A DNA stretch of 64,000 nt from positions 53,754,001 through 53,818,000 of the forward strand of contig OZ024743.1 in assembly GCA_964016885.1 (NCBI GenBank), in the 5' to 3' direction. The notes beneath the pieces are model-generated. The model saw only the letters and a program-made list of their open reading frames with translations, was not told the DNA's origin and made no database searches. Below, in pieces: positions 55,062 to 64,000 of the stretch. A program made the translations under genes and the position numbers. The first letter of the stretch is position 1. Each line of letters starts with the position of its first letter. This DNA is from Eledone cirrhosa (lineage: Eukaryota).

Positions 55062-55457
55062 TAAAAGGAATTCCAACTTTGTCTGATTTACTCGTTTTAT
55101 TTACAATCCTTTAAAATTTATAATGGTATTAGAATGAAATAGTATAGTAGAATATTAAATGTTAAATGTTAATTGAACAAGTACTTTCATGCTTTCGCAA
55201 TCTTCAGGTTCATATTCTGTGGTGACAGTCAAGTTTAAATTTTTGCAAACTTGACTGAAACCACAGAGTATGAACCTGAAGATTGCGAAAGCATGAAAGT
55301 ACTTGTTCAATTAACACTTAACATTTAATATTCTACCATACTATTTCATTCTAATACCATTATAAATTTTAAAGGATTGTAAATAAAACCAGTAAATCAG
55401 ACAAAGTTGGAATTCCTTTTAACATAATCTTCTATACACAATCATACACACCCGTGT
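55062..55457 (+). mobile_element. Fold-back element family D (360-bp palindrome 55062-55421) with two hammerhead cores
   Basis: Near-perfect ~175-bp arms with a 10-nt loop; followed by a short extension and (TA)n. Confidence 0.8.
55272..55308 (+). ncRNA. Minimal hammerhead ribozyme motif (identical inverted copy at 55175-55211, -)
   Basis: gaac CUGAAGA u UGC-gaaa-GCA u GAAA GUAC UU guuc; stem I gaac/guuc, GNRA-capped stem II, palindromic AGUACU stem III. Confidence 0.7.
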
Positions 55458-55469
55458 ATATTTATTTAT

Positions 55470-55506
<37 letters not shown>

Positions 55507-55574
55507 AACATTTATATATATATATATAAATATATATATATATTATATATATATATATTATATATATATAAATT

Positions 55575-55625
<51 letters not shown>

Positions 55626-55706
55626 TTATATATATATAAATATATATATATATAATATATATATATATGTATATATATCACACATGTATATATATATATA
55701 TATATA

Positions 55707-55811
<105 letters not shown>

Positions 55812-56335
55812 TACAGTTTATTATTAATTTAACTAACAAACGCAAACCAAAACAGCTGATTGCCTTGAATCTAATTTTCTGTTCTCGATGATAGAAGATC
55901 ATCTTTTATTTAAAAGATAAATTATTAAAGTTGTCATGAAGAATTGTTGAAAGATTCATTGCTCCCTTTGGTCTCGGTATAATCTAGACAGACCCAGGAA
56001 GACATCCATCTCAATTGATAACAGAAGAGTCGGTACTAATTGGAAAAGTTTCTTTTGTTAAAATAGGAAAGCTAATAAAATATTCTGCCTAATGAAAATA
56101 TCGTTTATTATTAATCGTTTGTTATTAGTATAAATTTCATTTACCAGTCATATTTTCATTGTATGCTGTCACTGTATTACCGAGCGCAGCTTTGTGTGCC
56201 TTGGGAATATGCGGTGTTATATTTTTGGCATTTTTGTTTCTCTTGTACGGAAAGTACACCACGTAAAATATGTTCAGTGTCTAGTAGTGCTATGTTATGT
56301 ATGTTGTATACATTTGTAAATCTTTGGGTTTTGGT

Positions 56336-56408
<73 letters not shown>

Positions 56409-56944
56409 GTGTGTGTGTGCGCGTGTGTGTGTGTATGTGTGTGTGTTATCATACCAAGATCACCTATTATTATAAAAATTGTTTCTGTTTTTATAGATTT
56501 ATTTCTATTTCCAGATATTTATATTTGGATAATTTTTTTTACATTTCTTTGTTTTTTTTTCATTCTATTGTCGTCTGTTGAGACTGACATCTCAATTAGA
56601 AGGCATTTCTCTTCCTAGTTGCCTTTGACTATAATATCTGATTAATTAGCCTTGATTACTCTGTCTATGTGTATTAAAAAATCCCAGAGTATTGTTGCTT
56701 TTTCATCTTCTGACACATTTTCTGATGTATACCTATACATTGGTATTTCATAGTCCTAGCAAAACATCCAGTATATACTAATCTCAATTCTGTCATATCT
56801 GTGGATATATTTTTTGTCAAATCCGCGTGACAAGAGAAAGTGCATAAACACATCATGCTTTAATCGAACAGTGTGAAAAAAAAAGGAAAAAATAAAATAT
56901 ATATAAAAAACTAATTTACCGAAAACCCTTGTAGTTTTTCTTAT

Positions 56945-57798
56945 GTCCTGAAAGAGTAGTTGCAGAAAGCCCTAACTGATGTCTGGGAAAACACCACCCC
57001 TGTCAGCCGATGAAAGTAGTATCGAACCAAAGTAGTACAAAACTCTGCAGAATGCTTTAAGAAGTTGGCAGGAGACAGCTGGGGTTCTGATGCATTCATA
57101 ATCCGAATTGCGTGCTTAGCATTTGCATACTCAGTTGAGTACTGATCAAAGGTCTGGACAGGGAACTGCCATACCAAACAAGTTGACACCATCCTCTACT
57201 CGGCAAGCAATGAGAATAGTATTTGGCACATTGAAATCTACCACTGGTAAGTAGCTACCTACTCTTTCTCATATAGCTCCTACTCACATGCGATGCCAGA
57301 GATGGTCCCCGAAACAACACTTCTTACCAAGTCGAAGACCGACATTCCCATCCATGAAGACCTGTAAAATCTTCCCAACCTGCACTTGAAATCACGCAAA
57401 CCATTCTAGGAATCATCGAAGACCCTTCAAAACAATAACTTTGATCTGAAGGAAGATTGGAAAACATCATGGAATGAGTCCAAATTTGCCATCCAATACC
57501 TCATCCATGACACCACATATAAATCAGTCGGCTTTGACCTTCTTAGAAAGCAATGGGTGTCTCTTAATCGGATACGTACAACACATGCCAGGACAGACAA
57601 TCATATGAGTGTGGTGACCTTGACCAGACAGTAGTGCATGTTGTTTGAGATCGCCCTCTCAGACGTTTTCCCGGCGGCTTGGAGGCAAAATATAATGCTG
57701 CAAATGACACATTGGTCTGGCTCGCTCTGCCTCTCTAGCTACTATACATACGTCATAGAAGAAGAAGAAGAAGAAGAAGAAGAAGAAGAAGAAGAAGA
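56945..57798 (+). mobile_element. Degenerate Vingi/Ingi-like (I-group) LINE 3' portion with (GAA)n tail
   Basis: KKLAGDSWGS..IRIACLAFAYS.EY..VW; GFDL.RKQWVSLNRIRT; ECG..DQTVVHV...RRFPGGL; ends catacg..(gaa)n. Confidence 0.6.
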
Positions 57799-58318
57799 AA
57801 CAACACACAGCTGAGGTAGGTTTCGAACTAAGAATTAGATATTACTAGCGTGCCTTGCCGTATCTGAGAAACCATAAATCTCTAATTGTATGTAAATATT
57901 TACAATATTACATAACATAGCGGTTTGTGGATTTAATCACATGCATACACATGCACAAACATCTCTATGTTGATAAATATGTATAGGAATATTTGAGAAA
58001 ATGTAGGAAGGTACACACCTACATTCATACATGAATAATGAGGGTTTATATATGGATACTAGCATAGACATTTAATGTATGTATATATGAGAAAACAACG
58101 ATATAAATAGATGCTAACATGTATTCATAATGACAGAACTATATACATATATAAATGATTAAAGATATGACGTTGGCAGAAAGGGAAGAAAAGAAGTAGA
58201 AGCACAGAGACAGAGAAGAAAACAGATATATAGGTAGATTAATAGAAAATAAACAGGATTCAGGAAGTCAGCGTGAGACAGATATATACATAAATAAATA
58301 CATGCACACACACATAGA

Positions 58319-58379
<61 letters not shown>

Positions 58380-59251
58380 TATATACAGGAAGAGAAAGAA
58401 AGAGAGAAAGAGAAAGAGCGAGAGAGGGAGATAGAGTGACAGAGAGTGTGTTTGAAACGAAATGATATACAGGTAAGTAGGTTCGTACAGAGAGAGAGAG
58501 AGAGAGAGAGAAGAAAAGGAGAAAGAGAGAGAGAGAGAAGAAAAGGAGAAAGAGAGAGAGTGAGAGAGAGAAGAAAAGGGAGAAAGAGAGAGAAGAAAAG
58601 AGAGAGGAGGAAATAGAGAGAGAGAGAGAGAAGGAAAGAGAGAGAATGAATTAGGAAGAAGGAAAATTAACAAAGATAAAATAAATAAAAAGAAAATAAG
58701 CATGAGAGAATATTGAAAAAGCAGCAAAGAAACAAAGAATAAAAATGTGGCGGGGTGGGGAAATGTCGCTATAAAGAAACGATTGGCAGAGATCTAAAGG
58801 CTTGCATGGATTTGCATAATTACCGAGGAAACGTTAAGATATATTGTAGGCAAGGAGATTGCTTATTTCTTATGCAAGCCAGAATTATAAGTTAGGGCTT
58901 AATGTCATGAAATGTGTACAGAGGACGTAAATCAAAATGGCAACCAAGCCACTATTAGGTGCCATATAACGCGAGCCTTTACCAGCCACGAGTCAGCGGC
59001 CATTTGCATATGTTGTGATAGCAGTGAGAAAACCTATGTACGATAATGGTGGTGGAGAAAAAGTAGAGAAAGGAGAAAGGAAAAAAAAAAGACAAAATGC
59101 CAACGGCTTTACTGACGTCAAACATGAGAATGGGGGAAGGTCTGTGGGGAAGTTAATATAAGAATGGGGAGGCGAAGAAGAAAAAATTGGACAACAATTT
59201 AGAAACAATATGACAAATGTAGATTTACGAGCGTACATTCATATTTAAATG

Positions 59252-59293
<42 letters not shown>

Positions 59294-59395
59294 CGTGTAC
59301 ACAGATACACATATACATCATTAAAACATGAAAACATACGGGAACATGCATATACATCACATATGTACGGTGGCAAACTTAAATATAGGAACGCA

Positions 59396-59457
<62 letters not shown>

Positions 59458-59458
59458 C

Positions 59459-59531
<73 letters not shown>

Positions 59532-59753
59532 TACATATATATCTATGTACGCATGTATATGTGTTTGTACGCATATCTATATGCACTAATACATTAATAA
59601 AATAGTATATAAGCATCCAAATTTGCATATGTATCTGCACATTACAGGCATGCAGGCACAAATGAATATGTATGACATACGTGCATATACATTCACATAT
59701 ATGTACTCCTGTTTGTATACATGTATGTACGTATGTTTACACACACATGCGCA

Positions 59754-59799
<46 letters not shown>

Positions 59800-61225
59800 T
59801 GTCTGTGTGTGGGTGTACTTTACCGACTATTATAGTTATCTGCACTGTGGAGACTATATAGATGTATAATATGATATATGTATGCACAATACAGCGTATA
59901 TTAGTGTCTCATGAACGTATGAATTATTTGCTAATATATTTATGTTAATAATATTAGGCAAGTTATTCTAGCGGTTTCAATTCCTAGCGAGTGATGCATT
60001 CTGTTCTTAGCCAAAAATACTTTATTTCCTGTTTCTCCTTCTGTCCTGAGGTACGATCGACAGATCAGAAATGAATGGTCAATGGGCTAGATGACAATAT
60101 ACTAGAAATGTACCCCGAAACCGGGATTAAGTATGCATCAGACTCCTGGCTGAACATTTCATCGGAGTCCTTGAATATTATTTATGGTAGCTAAATGTTA
60201 ATTTAATCTAATCTAATCTGGTTGAATTTACACTCGCAAATAAGAAGAACCAGGGCCGCCCCTAGGAGCATTGGATTTAGTGTACTTCATATCTGTTTCG
60301 GTTGCTGAATATAATCAGGGGTCGCTGCTTCTCGTAGGGTCAATAGTTCTCTTCTAACTCGAGCATTGATCATCTGCAAAGCCGCATTATTCTCAGAACC
60401 ACTACACCAGTCTTTCGATGCGTGCAGCTGGAACTACTGCCACCCATTGATTTTAGAGCTCTTTAAATATTGTGGGAACCCTGCAGGCTACATACAGACC
60501 AATCAGCAACGCTCTTAATCTATGAAGGAGCAAATGTTTTAAATTATAACTAATGCTACGCTGTAACCTCCTTACGGGAATTAACTCTTGTGGTAGCTCA
60601 CACAAACTTCAAATTCCTGTCCATAATTTTCTTAAACGGAATTTTATTTTGTTATCTGTTACATATAAACATATTATGTCAACTATATTTTACAGATTGA
60701 AGTTATAAAATGATGGAAATATTGACAAAATGATACTGAAAAAATAAAGTAATGAAAAAGGGGGGAAGGTGTAAAGAAGGGCAAATGTGGCTGTATAGGA
60801 AAGTAAAGGAAAGGACTATAAATGCCATAAATTAGAAGAAAAGGTTGGAATGAGCAAGGACTGTTGGGCAACGGAAGAAAGAGTGGAAAGCAGAGAGAGT
60901 GACAGACTCTGCACCTAGGTCGGGGTGGTGTTTCGACTGCGCTCCGTAGACAAAATTGCAAGGCGTTTCCGCGAACAATGGCAAGCGATGCCCGCTACAA
61001 CAGCTACCTCACCTCGTGAGGCTCCTCTAGATTAAAAAAGGTGCCGCATCAGGTGACAGAAAACCAGTGTTGTATTTGTATCTTTTTTTTTACAACACTT
61101 GTTTTTATTCAACGCTTGTCGTTTGGTTTCTATATGAAGGGGCTCAGTAAATGATAGAATCGTTAAACTGGAATTAACCCCCTTGCAGTATTTAATTGCG
61201 GCTTTTAACATTTTGAGGAGTTCGA

Positions 61226-61276
<51 letters not shown>

Positions 61277-61499
61277 GGTCGATAAAATAAATAATAGACA
61301 AGTGCTAGTATCAATATAATGGTTTCTTCCCTCCTTCCAAATTTCTGATCTTGTTCTTTTGCTAGAATGAAAAATCATTCAAGCGATATTTAGTTACATA
61401 CTTTCTCCATTTTGATTTCAAATATCACTGAGATGAACATCGCCTTTCATCTTTCTGAAGTCAATAAAATAAGGTACCAGATAAATACTGGGCTTAATA

Positions 61500-62090
61500 T
61501 AATTGTTTCTACGTTTGGCACAAGGCCAGAAATTACCCAGAGCATTACTGGTACTTTATTTTATCGACCCCGTAAGGATGAAAGGCAAAGTTAACCTCGG
61601 CGGGATTTGAACTCAGAATATACTGGGCTTAATATAATGACGTTTCCTTTCTTCTCCAAACTGCTGGCTATGTACCCATTAGACCCCATTATTATTGAAA
61701 ATAAGGGCGATGGATTAGCAGTATCGGTAAACCGTCAGACACCATACTTTGCAGCATAGAGTTATGGCCCTTTATGTTCTGAGTTAAAATCCGTATGGGG
61801 TCGATAAAATAAAGCACCAGTAATGCACTGAGGGTAATTGCTGACCTTGTGCCAAAAATAGAAACAATTATTATTGAAAGTAATGGGCGGATTGGCAGTA
61901 TCGGTAGATGGTCGAACGCCATGCTTTGCAGCATACAATTACGATCCTTTACGTTCTGAGTTCAAATCCCGCCGAGGTTAACTTTACCTTTAATCCTTAC
62001 AGGGTCGATATAATAAAGTACCAGTAATACACTGGAGTCGACTTTCCCCTCCCCCAAAATTGCTGGCCTTGCGCCTATATAAGAAACCAT
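61500..62090. mobile_element. Cluster of family-1 SINEs (~61500-61620 -; 61705-61870 and 61885-62090 + in tandem)
   Basis: Same subfamily head 'ggcagtatcggtaga' as the copies at 9725, 9922 and 18281. Confidence 0.8.
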
Positions 62091-62283
62091 TATTATAGAA
62101 ATGAAATGACTTCTACAGGACTAGAACTGTTGCATTCGTGTGAAATCATCATGAATGGTCACACGAATGAAGCAGTTCTAGTCCCATAGAAGTTATTTCT
62201 ATAATAATAATGATGTTTACACTCTCCTACTCTACTAATGTATTGAGTACCTTTTAATCCATGGTTACCCTCGATTTAACTTG
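62089..62283 (+). mobile_element. Fold-back element family B, second copy (decayed hammerhead cores)
   Basis: Inverted arms 62089-62143 / 62159-62208; homologous to 16194-16388; (TA)n follows at ~62313. Confidence 0.7.
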
Positions 62284-62309
62284 GGATCTACTGACACCCA
62301 CACCCACAC

Positions 62310-62355
<46 letters not shown>

Positions 62356-63539
62356 CAGGCCTCTGTGGTTTCCGTTTAGCAAATTTCTCATATTTCAGTC
62401 ATTGGTCAAACTAAAGCTATAAGGATATAGTACAAGATAATTGCTTAAAGTGAGAGAAGCCAGAATCTCTTAGTTGAGAAACGAACTACTTAACCACACA
62501 GCCAATCCTGCAACTATATGTAAAATCGAAAGTGAGAAGCTATGCAGTGTTTATGTAACTTTTCTTACACCCAAAACAATATCGAATATTTTTACATTTT
62601 ATTGCTGTTCTGCCACAACGAATAGTCTGCTTACATTAGATTGTTTTTAACAAGCAATGTAATTTCACTGACATAGTAAAACATCGCCATATTAATTGCC
62701 TTGTCTTATGATATTCAGAGTCAGCTGACCGAAAAGTTAGAACGGATTTTACAGGCGCCAGTTTTAGAAATACAAAAATAAATGAAATAGTAAAAGAGAA
62801 TGATGCAAATAAAGAAACATGAATCCAACCCAATAATTTAATAATACGCTCATACAACAACTCATTAAATTAAACTATATTAATATTTTACCAGCTGTTC
62901 CTGACAAAACTTTTCAGATGACTATAGGTTTAACACTGGTTTTAACAATATGTCTCCGTGCAATGGACGTGGTTGAAATGGTGGGGGCGAATGAAATACA
63001 TTACAATATTCATTTTCAGTTAACGTGGCTCCTGGCCTTAATCTAGATAAAGTTCTCTTTAACTTTCGTCACTAAAAAAATAATCGATAAATGTAGTTTT
63101 AGTTTTTCACAGATGTATGCAGTCAATTTCTTTTTTCTCGCTCTGATTTTTTTTTTATTGTTTAGTCAGAGAGAAGAGCAGGGTCTCCGTGACTGGCTGG
63201 AGGGGTGAAAGTGAGGAGACATTTTTTAAATCAAGGACCTAGTCCAAATATTTGCCACAGAGTGAATTTACCTAAAGGTATCCAAGAACCAAGTGGTGGT
63301 GTTAAACCAAGCAACAGTTTATGACGGACCCCTCATATAACTACAGAGGGATTTGATCGCAAAACCCACACAAATAACAAAACAAAACAAACAGAACAAA
63401 TACTCCGCGGCAACTCGTCTGACATTGTAACAATTACACTAATCCACCGCCTTTAACCGACACTTTAATGTATCGACTCAGAAACAATGAGAGACAAAGT
63501 AGAACACAGTCTCATCTCTACCACACAAATATACCAAAA

Positions 63540-64000
63540 CATATCCATCCCAACATTATATCTACCTCAAATATATACCTCAACATTAGGTATGTCCACC
63601 TCAAATATGTACCTGAACATTAGGTATGTCTACCTCAAATAACTACCTCAACATTATATCTACCGCACATATCTACCACAACATAGTATCTACCACAATA
63701 TTATATCTACCACAACATAATATCTACCACAAAATTATATCTACCACAACATAATATCTACCACAACATTATATCTACCTCAACATAATATCAACCACAA
63801 CATTATATCTACCACAACATAATATCTACCACAAAATTATATCTACCTCAACATAATATCTACCACGACATTATATCTACCACAGCAATATATCTACCAC
63901 AACATTATATCTACCTCAACATAATATCTACCACAACATTATATCTACCTGAACATAATATCTACCACAACATAATATCTACCACAACATTATATCTACC
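63540..64000. repeat. 17-bp minisatellite (taccacaacat[a/t]atatc), runs off the window end
   Basis: About 20 clear copies, with largely alternating ataat/attat variants. Confidence 0.92.

Overview
Eukaryotic, AT-rich, microsatellite-dense genomic DNA. The repeat landscape suggests an octopus or related cephalopod (inference from the SINE families, not a database result). There is one host gene: the large terminal coding exon (10309-11859, +) of a NET-family zinc-finger repressor (NocA/Elbow/Tlp-1; ZNF503/ZNF703), with exon 1 apparently upstream of the window. The rest is intron or intergenic DNA with tRNA-derived SINEs, RTE/CR1/Vingi LINE fragments, MITEs, a Helentron-type element, minisatellites and a 200-N scaffold gap. 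Two systems stand out. (1) A Tx1/L1-clade retrotransposon family has six copies here, and every one is bounded by (GATA)n/(TATC)n. Five of them, from several subfamilies and including one ~5.95 kb full-length copy, are stacked head-to-tail at 32306-40795, which points to GATA-microsatellite target specificity. (2) At least four unrelated families of small fold-back elements abut (TA)n tracts and carry minimal hammerhead-ribozyme cores, resembling Penelope pLTRs or retrozymes; three families share an unusual U.U closure of stem II. Most ORFs in the supplied track are microsatellite artefacts. SINE and LINE-fragment boundaries are approximate.
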